A stretch of 63,613 bases of DNA, filler included, from Octopus bimaculoides (Eukaryota), in NCBI RefSeq assembly GCF_001194135.2. It is 8 parts of 8 records of this genome, joined end to end, with 100 filler letters (N's around TTAATTAATTAA, not from the genome) between each part and the next. Parts side by side here need not be neighbours in the genome. Positions count along the whole stretch, not along the records: positions 23,812 to 47,080 come from NC_068988.1; positions 47,181 to 48,922 come from NW_026385660.1; positions 49,023 to 50,972 come from NW_026381985.1; positions 51,073 to 53,223 come from NC_068985.1; 4 more parts are not named here. One strand, written 5' to 3'. Below the pieces are notes generated by a model. That model was not told the DNA's origin and searched no databases. It saw only the letters and a program-made list of their open reading frames with translations. The stretch's first letter is position 1. Every line of letters begins with the position of its first letter. Shown one piece after another: positions 38,761-52,640 of this stretch. Made by a program: the position numbers and the translations under genes.

Positions 38761-39026
38761 TAGATGGAGGGGCGTGGCTTAGTGGTTAGGGTGTCAGCAT
38801 CATGATCGTAAGAGTGTGGTTTCGATTCCTGGACCGAGCGACGCGTTGTGTTCTTGAGTAATACACTTCATTTCACGTTGCTCCAGTCCACTCAGCTGGC
38901 AAAAAATGAGTAACGCTGCGATGGACTGGCATCCCATCTAGCTGGGGAACATATACGCCATTGAAACCGGGAAACCGGGCCCATGAGCCTGGCTAGGGTT
39001 TAAAAGGGCGCATTTATTTTATTTTT
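38761..39026 (+). mobile_element. SINE family C with 10-bp TSD
   Basis: A box TGGCTTAGTGG, B box GGTTTCGATTCC; TATAAAAGGT at 38751-38760 and 39027-39036. An older copy lies at 24945-25190. Confidence 0.88.
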
Positions 39027-39166
39027 TATAAAAGGTAAGGCGACGAAAAGAATTTAGAATCCACATTTACAACTGGTCTTCTTAGCTGTGTATACAGGCA
39101 TAAGCAACAGTTAGCTGTCTGCAGTCTCATATCAACAGAAACAACAGCCTTCTACACTCACTTTTC

Positions 39167-39277
39167 GGATCTTTTTTAAAACGGGGGCCACATTTTTCAA
39201 GTTTGAAACTCTTTCGGTACCAAAAACACTACGTAAAACATTAATGAAAAATGTGGCCCCCGTTTTAAGAAAGATCC
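39167..39277. mobile_element. 111-bp MITE with 33-bp TIRs and near-perfect 8-bp TSD
   Basis: Arms 39167-39199 and 39245-39277 match at 32/33; flanks are CACTTTTC and CAGTTTTC. Confidence 0.75.
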
Positions 39278-41414
39278 CAGTTTTCTAATACATGATCATG
39301 GTATATTTTTATGGATATCATTTAAGAAGGTTGGTGTGTGTGTGTGTGTGGAGGGGAACTTTGCCATCTTGGTTATGCATACCAGTAGCCCCCTTTGAGT
39401 TTCTCTCTCTATTTTTTTTTTGTGTGTGATGAGAAAACGTGTCGGGATGGCCAAAGCTGAAACGCCTTTGATTATACGTCTGTTTGCTTGAATTGGATTC
39501 CCTTGTGGGAAAATGTGGGAGTGCCAAAGAACTATTAATTCCACAACCACCACCACTCCTCCTCCTCCTCCTACTACTACTACTTCCGTAACTACACGTG
39601 CCAACGTGAGAATTAAGCCGTTTGACCTGCTTTATTTGACAGTAATTAAATCTACATTAAATAATCTTCTACCGTGTTACGAAGAGGATATTGAATAACT
39701 TAGTCTTAGATGTACTATGTAAAAAACATTTAAAAAAAACGTGATGGTCACGGCTGGAATGCTTTAGCTCACAGGTCTGTTACTGAGGACCAGTTTCCTG
39801 AACGCACTTTTGCTTAAAAGTGACAAGTTTCTTTGACTACAAACTTAGAAATATAACAGACCGAAAGACAGGCAAAAAGATAGATAGATAGATAGATAGA
39901 TGGGTGTCTAGACAGATACATAAAAGAGAAAGATAGAGAGAAAGAGAAAGAGAAGAGAGAGAAATTAGAAGAGATACATATATATATATATTTATGTGCA
40001 TGTACGCGCGCGCGTATATAAAATTTGCAAACTCACCTAAATTGAAGATCCAAAACTCATCTTTCAGTTTTTAATACCAATTAATATTTGTAAACAACCG
40101 ATAAATTAAATCTTTTCCAAAATAATTCTTCCCCTTAGTGTTGGTTAGTTTATGAGATATTTATGTAAACACGAGATAAAAATCACAATTGTTTAGAAGC
40201 GATATAAATAAAACACATAAAGACGGCGCTAATTATGGTAAATTCCTTGCTTCCACGTACAACACACAGAACAGCGATTAAAGAATTATAAGATTTGAGA
40301 AATTCGTCTCTATCTTTCTTTATCTTTTCTTTCTTTTTCAACTGTCCCCTTCGAGTTGATTCGTTTATCTTATTACTGGGGTACTTGTTTTTAACCGCTA
40401 GAGACTTCTTATAATAGTAGTAATAGCATTTAATATGGTCAGAGTCGGAAGTGGTAGTAATAGCAGCAGTAGTAGTAGTAGTAATAGCAGCAGTAGTAGT
40501 AGTAGTGTTTGTTTTTGTTGTTACTGTATATGTTAGTTTTTAAAGTTTGGTGCAATTATTCCTTTTGTGTTCGGCTATATGTCATATCTTTCTTTACTTC
40601 CTTCTTTTAGTTTGGAGTGATAAGTAATATCATAATTAGAAATGTTACATAATTTAAATACAAATCAACTATAAGCACTCACACTGTAAACACTTCCCAA
40701 CTACAGAAAGCTTTTCTTATTTAAATCTGAAGTGCAGAAGTTGAAGTATCAGCGATGAGGCATACACTTCTATATACTTTAGATATATATACAAGTCTAT
40801 TCATATATACGTATTTGTGACTAAAATAAATTTCTAAAAATCAATATTGATGACGAAATCGTGTACGGAATGTAACATTGAGATACAGATTAAATATGCG
40901 ACGGCAAAAGTTTGCATACTAAAACAACGTTTGTCGATATATTGCCGCTAATAAATTTGTAAATTGTTGTTTAATTATTCGGGATATGAATACCGGTAAA
41001 AGTTTTGTTGTTTCTCGTTAGCAACAGGAAAGCTGATTATAGTTGCAAACGAATGGATACGTGGCAAATGTTAGAGATATAAAAAAACAAACAAAAAGCG
41101 AAAGTATTGTCCTGTGCAGTCGCTTTGACTGCTAGCAGTAATAAGTAGGCAGGGGATAGCTAGTGTATGGAGGCCTGAACGAATCATAATACGTGAGTTT
41201 TAGATGCAGGTTTACAAGGGTCCCTTTGTGAAAGTTCTGATATTCCTCGCATACTTTTATGTAATACCATTTCGTATGGAGTCTCGTACGAAAGATAAAC
41301 AGCAACGTTTTATAAACTACGCTTATGTATTTCATTTGCAAGATTCTTGATGTGAAATCATGCGTTGAAACAGATATCGTTATGCTTCGAGATTTTTCTT
41401 TTTTCTTTCCTTCT

Positions 41415-41580
41415 TTTTTATTTGCTTCAGCCACTTGACTGCGGCCATACTGGAGCACCGCCTTTAGTCGAACAGGACTTATTCTTTGTAAGCCTAGTAC
41501 TTATTCTATCGGTCTCTTAAGCCGAAAACACACCAACATCAGTCGTCAAGCGATAGTGGGAGAGAAACACAGACAAACAT
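41415..41580 (-). mobile_element. SINE family A, 3' part
   Basis: Homology to the other A copies; a similar tail fragment is at 34520-34600. Confidence 0.8.
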
Positions 41581-42188
41581 ATACATACATGTATACATAC
41601 TTGTAATTCAACATTGCCATCTGCCGGGGCTGAAGAAATCCCAACTGACATAATTAGTGCTTTTTTAGCCATCTACACGAGTTAATTTATCAGGACATAT
41701 AACGCAGTCCTAGGCGTCATAAACACATCCAAGTTAGGTTGAATGTGCTTATATATATATATATAAATGTGTGTGTGTGTGTGTGTGTGTGAGAATGGAC
41801 TTAGAATCATATGGTTGGGAAACAAGCTTCTTACCATACAGTCACTCCAGCACCTTCAAGACATTTTCTAAGCATTACCCACTATTCTTGTCTCCAAGGT
41901 TGTATTTTGTTCGACTATTCGTCCTCCTCCACCGTCCTCCTCCACCGTCCTAAATCATACGGTGTGTTGTTTCGCTTGTTTTGTTTTGTTTGCTCTTGTC
42001 CCTAATTCTCCGCGACGAAAAATTTTTTTTAGCAGGCACCGCCAATTGGAAAGTACTCAATCTTATCGTTAAAGGTGTGAAACTGAATATCATCAATTGG
42101 TCGATAACTGATGAAAAATTACGGATCTTCTGTTTGTCACCCCTTCGTTTTTACATCCAGTATACATTACATCGTTTGTTTATACATT

Positions 42189-42235
<47 letters not shown>

Positions 42236-43245
42236 NNNNNNNNNNNNNNNNNNNNNNNNNNNNNNNNNNNNNNNNNNNNNNNNNNNNNNNNNNNNNNNNN
42301 NNNNNNNNNNNNNNNNNNNNNNNNNNNNNNNNNNNNNNNNNNNNNNNNNNNNNNNNNNNNNNNNNNNNNNNNNNNNNNNNNNNNNNNNNNNNNNNNNNNN
42401 NNNNNNNNNNNNNNNNNNNNNNNNNNNNNNNNNNNNNNNNNNNNNNNNNNNNNNNNNNNNNNNNNNNNNNNNNNNNNNNNNNNNNNNNNNNNNNNNNNNN
42501 NNNNNNNNNNNNNNNNNNNNNNNNNNNNNNNNNNNNNNNNNNNNNNNNNNNNNNNNNNNNNNNNNNNNNNNNNNNNNNNNNNNNNNNNNNNNNNNNNNNN
42601 NNNNNNNNNNNNNNNNNNNNNNNNNNNNNNNNNNNNNNNNNNNNNNNNNNNNNNNNNNNNNNNNNNNNNNNNNNNNNNNNNNNNNNNNNNNNNNNNNNNN
42701 NNNNNNNNNNNNNNNNNNNNNNNNNNNNNNNNNNNNNNNNNNNNNNNNNNNNNNNNNNNNNNNNNNNNNNNNNNNNNNNNNNNNNNNNNNNNNNNNNNNN
42801 NNNNNNNNNNNNNNNNNNNNNNNNNNNNNNNNNNNNNNNNNNNNNNNNNNNNNNNNNNNNNNNNNNNNNNNNNNNNNNNNNNNNNNNNNNNNNNNNNNNN
42901 NNNNNNNNNNNNNNNNNNNNNNNNNNNNNNNNNNNNNNNNNNNNNNNNNNNNNNNNNNNNNNNNNNNNNNNNNNNNNNNNNNNNNNNNNNNNNNNNNNNN
43001 NNNNNNNNNNNNNNNNNNNNNNNNNNNNNNNNNNNNNNNNNNNNNNNNNNNNNNNNNNNNNNNNNNNNNNNNNNNNNNNNNNNNNNNNNNNNNNNNNNNN
43101 NNNNNNNNNNNNNNNNNNNNNNNNNNNNNNNNNNACAATCTGATTAATTAGATATCCTAGAAGAGAATATGACCTGAACAACAAAATTTGAATAAATAAA
43201 AAAGAACAACAGTGCTGCTCTATTTAAACAATATTCTATCTGAAG

Positions 43246-43390
43246 AAGATGGTGAGCTGGTAGAGATCGTTAGCGCGCAGGGCGAAATGCTCAGTGGTAT
43301 TTCGTCTGTGTTTACGTTCTGAGTTCAAATTCCGCCGAGGTCGGCTTTGCCTTTCATCCTTTCGGAGACGATAAATTAAGTACCAGTGAG
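43246..43390 (+). mobile_element. SINE family B
   Basis: Homology to 13089-13275. Confidence 0.88.
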
Positions 43391-43843
43391 ACAAACGTAA
43401 GCTTATTCTTCCTCATAAAAAAGAAAAAAAAAAAAAAATCTACCACTTATTCCCGACTCACAATATCCTAATAAAAGCAATAAAAAAAATCGACCTTAAT
43501 ACATAAATATAGATACGCTGATATTTTTTTCATATTAAGGAATATGCTATTCCTTCTTATTATGAAATAATCTCCACTTTACATATTTATATAGTTAATA
43601 ATTAATGATTACAAACCTATTATACTACTTCATACCATATAACCAAATACATGCTCCCACATATTCTACTACTTTTAGTTCATTATATTATAGTTTATTT
43701 TGTCCTCTTCTCACTCTCGTTCAGCTTTCCTTTTCTCACATCTTAACCAAACAATCCTAAGTATTAAACTCCCATAACATAACCTTAAGACATTAACTTT
43801 GCTGATAATAAATATTTAATAAAAATATGTATGTTTGACAAAG

Positions 43844-43894
<51 letters not shown>

Positions 43895-43908
43895 NNNNNN
43901 NNNNNNNN

Positions 43909-43965
<57 letters not shown>

Positions 43966-44731
43966 TATATATATATATATATATATATAAGTATAGCTAT
44001 GTAATATGTGTTGATATACGCTTGTATGTGCGGGTATATATGTATATATTTGTACATGTGTTTGTATATGTACATATATATGTATATATAGGTATTTTTA
44101 TATGTGTATGTGCATGTAAGTATATATATGTATGCATGTGCCAATGTGTAAACACATTAATTTGAATATATACATTTCATATATTCATAACTGACTCACT
44201 GTTGATAAGAAAGGCTTAAATGATATACACCTTAACGGTCAATTTTTTCAGACCTTTATCTATACTTGGTTATAAATGTGACACATAATAATGTGAACGC
44301 TACTGATCTATAATTTTCCTGAATTGTATCTTTTACCAAAGCAATGGAGATAATTCTTCTATAGCGGTTGACTAATAATTTTTACGATCTAACTTATCCT
44401 TCATTTATTTTATTGTCGAATTCCTCTCTTGTATATTTAAGTATTCCTTTCTTTTATTTACATTTTATCAGTACAAATTGTAAAGCTGAGTTTGTGTGTG
44501 TGTGTGTGTGTGTTGCATCTATAGAAATCCACACCTTACAAGATAGCAATCTGGGAGTCGCACCAATGGATTCCTCATGGTGGAAAATGCCCGAAATCGA
44601 CCATTTATTATTATTCTTTTCTTCCTAAGACGTGAAGTTTTGCATTAAAAATAATTTTAAACAATAACTTCTAACAATTTTCAAGTCGGAGCATTTGCAA
44701 ACATGAATTAAGTCCCCTTCTATTGACGGCA

Positions 44732-45030
44732 TACTATAGCCTCAGGCTGACCAAAATCTTGTGAGTGGATTTCGTATTCGGAAACAGAAAGAAGACTGTC
44801 GTATATATGTGTATATTTGTGTATGTGTGTGCTTGTGTCTTGTGTTTGTACCCCCACCATTGCTTGACAACTGATGTTGCTGTGTTTACATTCCTGTAAC
44901 TTAGCTGTTTGGTAAAAGATACTGACAGAATGAATACTAGGCTAACAAAGAATAAATCCTGTGGTTGATTTCTCCGACCAACGGCGGTGCTCCACCATGG
45001 CCGCAGTCACATGACTGAAACAACTAAAGC
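44732..45030 (+). mobile_element. SINE family A, diverged
   Basis: Homology to the other A copies. Confidence 0.8.
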
Positions 45031-45053
45031 AATAAAAATCTATGCCATTTCAA

Positions 45054-45083
45054 TCCCGAGCAAGGCCGGGTATCTCTGCTAGT
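45054..45083 (+). mobile_element. Helitron-like 3' terminus
   Basis: CCCG...CGGG hairpin followed 8 nt later by CTAG|T. Confidence 0.4.
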
Positions 45084-45627
45084 ACTATATATGTTTTACA
45101 TACATTTATATTTTTCTTTAATTTCTTTTTATTATTGATTAAAAAAAATCTTTCTTACCTTCTTTATTTACCCTTATGTTTGTATTGTTTTTATTTATTT
45201 TGTTTACTTTATTGCATCTTGACTAATAGCTCACTAGCTAGACACATTGACATTATATATAGGATCTAACTTTTTTTAATTTATTACTATTTTGTATGCA
45301 TCCTTTCTAGAAATATGTTAACCTTTGTTCTATAAGCTCTTAAAACACCGAAGAGGTTCTGTCCCACAAAGCAGAAGATGATACCAATTCTTAGCATAAA
45401 ACCAGAGGTTTAGAATTAAGTCTCACATAGGGATATGAACCGAAACATATATGTAGGTTTTTCGCATCTGCCATTTCTCTTTGGGCTTTACAGCTTATAA
45501 TTTATTTGTATTGTTATTATATAAAAAGATATTCAACATCTTTATGTCATACAAATACATTATTCACACTTCCATTTTTCTCCATTTTCTTTTTTTCAAC
45601 ACACATACACACACTCACACACACACG

Positions 45628-45705
<78 letters not shown>

Positions 45706-46250
45706 TGCGTACATATATACATACACATTCATATTATATTATTATATACTTTGCAAATATATCAAAGTTTTGATGAATTTAGGAACGTGAAACAAGCCTT
45801 TCAAGGATAAGGTGATGTGAAAATACGTTTTGATTGCAATACAAATAAATTATCAGCCCTTGTATTCAATTAGACATTTTCTTATAACAGAAAAAGAGAA
45901 AAAGAAGAACACACAAAATTTTCTTCCAGCCATTATATTCATTTATTAAATTTTCTGTGCGATGACACTTTAAAAAATTAAACAGATTTATGATTTACGA
46001 AAGGAAGTTAACTAAAAATTTACATGAAGAAAAGGAAGTGTTTAATAACATTTTATGTAATTAAATCATTAATAAGGCTATCAAACACTGCGTCAGTGGT
46101 ATATATATAAACTATATTAACAACAGAATTATTTATTACAAGGTAAAATTAGTAATCCATATAAGTGATTGAATTATTCAGACAGGATCGAGCTATTTGT
46201 TGCATTACATTCTTGGACAATTACAGAATGAGAATGAATTCGGATTTATC

Positions 46251-46486
46251 TCAGCACACTAAGTGTTCGTGAGGCCACCACCAATGGCGAATACAGCACT
46301 CGCTTTTCCACCAAGGGATGAGTTGTCCTGCACAACATGCTTTATACCAAGCGTTGTATGGTGCATTATTACAACAGGCATTGTCACTATTAGTTTTTTG
46401 GTGAACTATATTGTTGCAACAGAATTGCGTATGTGGATCATAGATTTGATTACCACAAATGTACCATGGAGCGAAAGACTGTACTG
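46251..46486 (-). CDS. Terminal coding exon of a galaxin-like (double-Cys repeat), Cys/Trp-rich small protein; upstream exon(s) not found
   Basis: Manual translation after a polypyrimidine acceptor (ttcttcttttacag|), phase 1: VQSFAPWYICGNQIYDPHTQFCCNNIVHQKTNSDNACCNNAPYNAWYKACCAGQLIPWWKSECCIRHWWWPHEHLVC*. Cys spacing is C-x11-CC-x13-CC-x11-CC-x11-CC-x12-C, with CG..xYDPxxQxCC and CC..xYNxxxxxCC motifs typical of galaxin repeats. AATAAA lies at 46132-46137 on the minus strand. Confidence 0.8.
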
Positions 46487-47481
46487 CTGTAAAAGAAGAA
46501 AATAATCGAAATGAGCACAGCTAAGTGTATTATACACAAATACATATACATTTAGAAAATAAAATCCATTCAATTAACAAGTATTTATAACATTAAAAAA
46601 CTATATAACATATATTTAAATCATATGAAAAATTCTCTTAGAACAGTTAATTCACACACACCTGAACGTCCGAAAATGTATGCAGGTCAGATGTAAGCAT
46701 TTTTTGCAATCTTCAGCAATTCATTCGAATATGTTATCAGGTAAACCTTATAGCACATATGTTTAAAAAGGAAAATGCGCTTGGCCAAATATCCACACAT
46801 ACGATCTCTATTAATTCCCATCTTTTTAGAAAAAAAGAAATTTGAAATCTACTCTCATATATTGTGTATATAGAAAGAAAGTAAATTTTTTCTCAAACCT
46901 GTATCCACATATGCACATCCATCCATCCATCCATCCATCCATCCATCCATCCAGCCATTCATCCATCCATCCAGCCATTCATCCATCCATCCATTCATTC
47001 ATCCATCCATCCATCCATCCATATGTACACACATTCATACATGCATACGTATGTATGGATATGCACATATATATATGTATNNNNNNNNNNNNNNNNNNNN
47101 NNNNNNNNNNNNNNNNNNNNNNNNTTAATTAATTAANNNNNNNNNNNNNNNNNNNNNNNNNNNNNNNNNNNNNNNNNNNNCCCTAATAATTTCATGGTCC
47201 TATTTTTGACATTCTCACAACTGGTCCTACTTAAAATGTCAAATTGCATTGTTACATTGTCATAAATGTCACATTGTATAATACATTAGAGTACTCTACA
47301 TATATACAGACATACATACATTTATGGGTATGTATATATGCATACATACAGGTATATATATACATACATGTACAGATATAAGCATACACACGTGCAGACA
47401 CATATGTGCATACATGTATATGCAAATACACATGCAAACACAGGTATGTTTGTATGTAAATGCATATACATATCTATCTTT

Positions 47482-47909
47482 CATTCTTTTATCTGTTTCA
47501 GCCATTTGACTGCGGCCATGCTGGAGCACTGCCTTTAGTCAAGCAAATCAACCCCAGGACTTATTCTTTGTAAGCCTAGTACTTATTCTATCGGTCTCTT
47601 TTGCCGAACCGCTAAGTGACGGGGACATAAACACACCAGTATCAGTTGTCAAGCGATGTTGGGGGAACAAGCACAGACACACAAACATATGCACACACAT
47701 ACATATAAATATATACATATATACGACGGGCTTCTTTCAGTTTCCGTCTACTAAATCCACTCACAAAGTTTTGGTTGGCCCAAGGCTATAGTAGAAGACA
47801 CTTTCCCAATGTGCCATGCAGTGGGACTGAACCCAGAACCATGTGGTTGGTAAGCAAGCTACTTACCACACAGCCACTCCTGCACCTATGCACACAGCCA
47901 CTCCTGCGC
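47482..47909 (-). mobile_element. SINE family A, full length, with duplicated 5' end
   Basis: Homology; cacagccactcctgc occurs twice at 47868-47909. A head-to-head older copy lies at 47978-48130 (+). Confidence 0.9.
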
Positions 47910-48355
47910 CTATATATATATATACACATACATACATACACATATATGTGTATGTGTGTGTGTGTAATGTATATACAGCAGGCATGGTGATGTGGTTAAG
48001 AAGCTTGCTTCCCAATCATGTGGTTTCATGTTCAGTTTCACTCTACAGTACCTTGGTCAAGTGCCTTCTATTATGGTCTTAAGATAATCAAAGCCTTGTA
48101 AGTGGATTTGGATGATAGAAAATGAAAGAAGGCTGTCATATCATCATCATCGTTTAACGTCTGCTTTCCGGCAACGGCCATGCTCAAAATGGTGTATTTT
48201 ATGTGCCACCCACACAGGAGCCAGTCGCTCGAAAATCCCTACACATGTCATGAGCACAAGTGCCAGAAAGGTGACGCTGGGCACAGGGGCCATCCCGATT
48301 TCGCTTTCGCTTGCCCCAATANNNNNNNNNNATATATATATATATATATATATAA

Positions 48356-48497
48356 GAGAAGTATATTGCCACTTAAATGTGGCTGACCCCTAGGGGTGGA
48401 TGTTACTGTTGCTTTTAGCCCCAGGAGGACATCTCCTCCAGCTGGCTTATCGACACACTTCTGTGTCCAGCCACATTTAAGTGACAATATACTTCCC
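48356..48497. mobile_element. 142-bp MITE-like element with 30-bp inverted termini
   Basis: GAGAAGTATATTGCCACTTAAATGTGGCTG ... CAGCCACATTTAAGTGACAATATACTTCCC (28/30 match). Confidence 0.65.
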
Positions 48498-48544
48498 TTT
48501 ATCGTGCAGTTACTGTTAATACCTCATTTAGAGAATTAACATTG

Positions 48545-48577
<33 letters not shown>

Positions 48578-49022
48578 TTTAACTTTGTTTACGAGCAATG
48601 TTTTGAATATGTGTATAAAAGCTCCAATTCTATTATGCCAGCTACAGACTAATGATACCAACTGGAGATACTAACTTTTTGGGGTTACACCAAATTGTGC
48701 CGATATAATGTATGATAAATATAGTAATAATAATAATAATAATAATAATCCTTGGATTGAATTTATAAAAATTTTAATGCCGCACATAGTGATGCATTAA
48801 AATATTTAAAAATTCCATCTAAGGATTATTATTATTATTACTATATATATGTGTGTGTGTGCATACATATATATATGTGTATATAATTATGTGTATTTCT
48901 TCTATCTTAATGAATAAAAATTNNNNNNNNNNNNNNNNNNNNNNNNNNNNNNNNNNNNNNNNNNNNTTAATTAATTAANNNNNNNNNNNNNNNNNNNNNN
49001 NNNNNNNNNNNNNNNNNNNNNN

Positions 49023-49058
<36 letters not shown>

Positions 49059-50599
49059 ATGGTGGTGTTGGTAACAATTTAAGTAGTACTTGTAGCAGTA
49101 GTGGTGGTAGTGGTGGTGGTAACAACTAAAGTAGTAACAGTAGGGGCGGTAATATTAGTAGTAGTAGTAATAGCTATAGTGAAGGGTTTCCATGCAGTAC
49201 TGCATATTTCTCATATCAGTTTACTTGCACTCCTCTTGTCATGGCAAAGATAGATGTATTCTAACTAGCAGGAAGGGTTGCTATTTCACGTTCTGGTCCT
49301 GTTCATACAATTTTTGGTAACACCCAAGAAAACGTAGTACAGTGGATTTCAACCGCTGCACTTGCAGAGAGTAGCCAAGAGTGCTGAGGATTTTTCAAGT
49401 GCGTCTTTTATTCCTTCGGGGTCGATAAAATAAAGTACTGGAGTCGATATAATCGACTATTCCCCCAACCCCTCTAAAATTGCTGGCCTTGTGCTAAAAG
49501 TTGAAATGTGCTAAATTTAAAATGTATATACAAGTATAAGGGTTGTAGGATGGCTGAATCGTTAGAGTGGTGATGATGGTGGGGAATACTTTGTGCTGTT
49601 TGTTTCGCTCTTAAGATTCTGAGTTCAAAAACCCAACGAGATAATCCTCACCTTCTCCCCACACACACACACCACCACCACCACCACCACCACCACCACC
49701 ACCAAGGGCAACAATATAAAATATCAGTCAATTGCTTGGTCGAGCTATCGACTAATTCCCGTCCTGCAAATTTTCTGGCTTTGTACTTAAATGAAAAAAC
49801 CACATACATACATACATACATACATNNNNNNNNNNNNNNNNNNNNNNNNNNNNNNNNNNNNNNNNNNNNNNNNNNNNNNNNNNNNNNNNNNNNNNNNNNN
49901 NNNNNNNNNNNNNNNNNNNNNNNNNNNNNNNNNNNNNNNNNNNNNNNNNNNNNNNNNNNNNNNNNNNNNNNNNNNNNNNNNNNNNNNNNNNNNNNNNNNN
50001 NNNNNNNNNNNNNNNNNNNNNNNNNNNNNNNNNNNNNNNNNNNNNNNNNNNNNNNNNNNNNNNNNNNNNNNNNNNNNNNNNNNNNNNNNNNNNNNNNNNN
50101 NNNNNNNNNNNNNNNNNNNNNNNNNNNNNNNNNNNNNNNNNNNNNNNNNNNNNNNNNNNNNNNNNNNNNNNNNNNNNNNNNNNNNNNNNNNNNNNNNNNN
50201 NNNNNNNNNNNNNNNNNNNNNNNNNNNNNNNNNNNNNNNNNNNNNNNNNNNNNNNNNNNNNNNNNNNNNNNNNNNNNNNNNNNNNNNNNNNNNNNNNNNN
50301 NNNNNNNNNNNNNNNNNNNNNNNNNNNNNNNNNNNNNNNNNNNNNNNNNNNNNNNNNNNNNNNNNNNNNNNNNNNNNNNNNNNNNNNNNNNNNNNNNNNN
50401 NNNNNNNNNNNNNNNNNNNNNNNNAGTCATTTTAAGTAAAAACCGTTAATCGATGGATCGGAAATAGGTAAATAAGGAATATTTGTTGCAAAGGTTTATA
50501 ACTATCAAGTCGTTTATATCAACGCAGATTGAACTCTCTATATATAATAGAAAACAGAGCGATTTTCTCATTTTCCCTTTCTTTTCCATTTCTTTTTAG

Positions 50600-50945
50600 T
50601 CTAGTTGTTCGCAGGAGATATAATGACCGTATAGTTCGGGAGTGGGACCAGTGAATTGTGAGAATATTTGGGCCTCAATGTAGCCAACGAACAGGTTCGC
50701 ATAGTTGGGGCCCATTCTCGTTCCCACGGCCAATCCCGAAACTGTTGGTAAAAATCCCCGCGAACGAGAAGCAGTTGAGGGAGAGAACAAGTTCGGCCAG
50801 ACGATGAAGTGTAGAGGTGTCAGGTTGGGGGTTAGGTCGAAGATCTAGAAAGTGTTTCAGCGCAAAAAAATCCTTTGTTGTGTGAGATCACCGTATATAA
50901 ACTCTTGGTATCAAGAGTGAATAGAAGTTTAGAGGGGCCAGAAGG
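50600..50945 (-). mobile_element. Penelope-like element reverse transcriptase fragment
   Basis: LLFTLDTKSLYTVISHNKGFFALKHFLDLRP...LHRLAELVLSLNCFSF...SGLAVGTRMGPNYANLFVGYIEAQIFSQFTGPTPELYGHY. Confidence 0.9.
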
Positions 50946-51072
50946 GAAGGAGAAAGAGTTAAAGAGACGGAGNNNNNNNNNNNNNNNNNNNNNNNNNNNN
51001 NNNNNNNNNNNNNNNNTTAATTAATTAANNNNNNNNNNNNNNNNNNNNNNNNNNNNNNNNNNNNNNNNNNNN

Positions 51073-51127
<55 letters not shown>

Positions 51128-51728
51128 GAGAAAGAGAAAGAGAAAGAGAGAGAGAGACAGACAGACAAAGACAGAGATTGCTATTCAAGGGTGGAACAGT
51201 GGTTACGATAGGAGCATACCAAGACATTTAAAACCAAAAGAAAAACATAGACAGGTCGACCATTCCTGTCACCCTTGTAAGAAGCGTTACTGTTGGCACC
51301 TCACCACCTGCCACCCCCACCACCTGCCACCCCCACCACCTGCCAAAAGATGGCATCATTATAAAGTAAATGAGCAAATTGCTATGACATCCACATTTGC
51401 ATACACACGTACATATATATGTTTGTGTGTGTGTATTTGTCTATGTTGTTTAAATACATGCTACTGACCAATTTTGAGTTATTTCTCTTATATCATTTTT
51501 GTTTACATACAGACCTGCATATACACCCACATATATGTGTGTGGTTTGCGTATTTATGTGTGTGTGTGTGCGTGTGTGACCTCATGTGTGTATGTGTATA
51601 TGTGTCAATGTGCGCGTGTCTGATATTACTTGTTATATAAAACCCTTAAGTTAAATCAACATATGTCACGCTAATCATCGCTGTCTCCCCGTCGATGTCC
51701 TCCTAATTATCATCATTGTTATCACTGT

Positions 51729-51770
<42 letters not shown>

Positions 51771-51774
51771 TATT

Positions 51775-52640
<866 letters not shown>

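Noticed and set aside
40031-40730. Two minus-strand GTGAGT donor sites (40036 and 40681) as possible first exons
   Set aside because: Every upstream frame is closed by stops or lacks a usable ATG; at best these are non-coding exons, with no support.
46662-46700. ATG...CAG|GTGTGT mini-exon (MLTSDLHTFSDVQ) as the galaxin-like first exon
   Set aside because: Weak donor, needs a secondary acceptor to be in frame, and is not a signal peptide. Not excluded, but unsupported.
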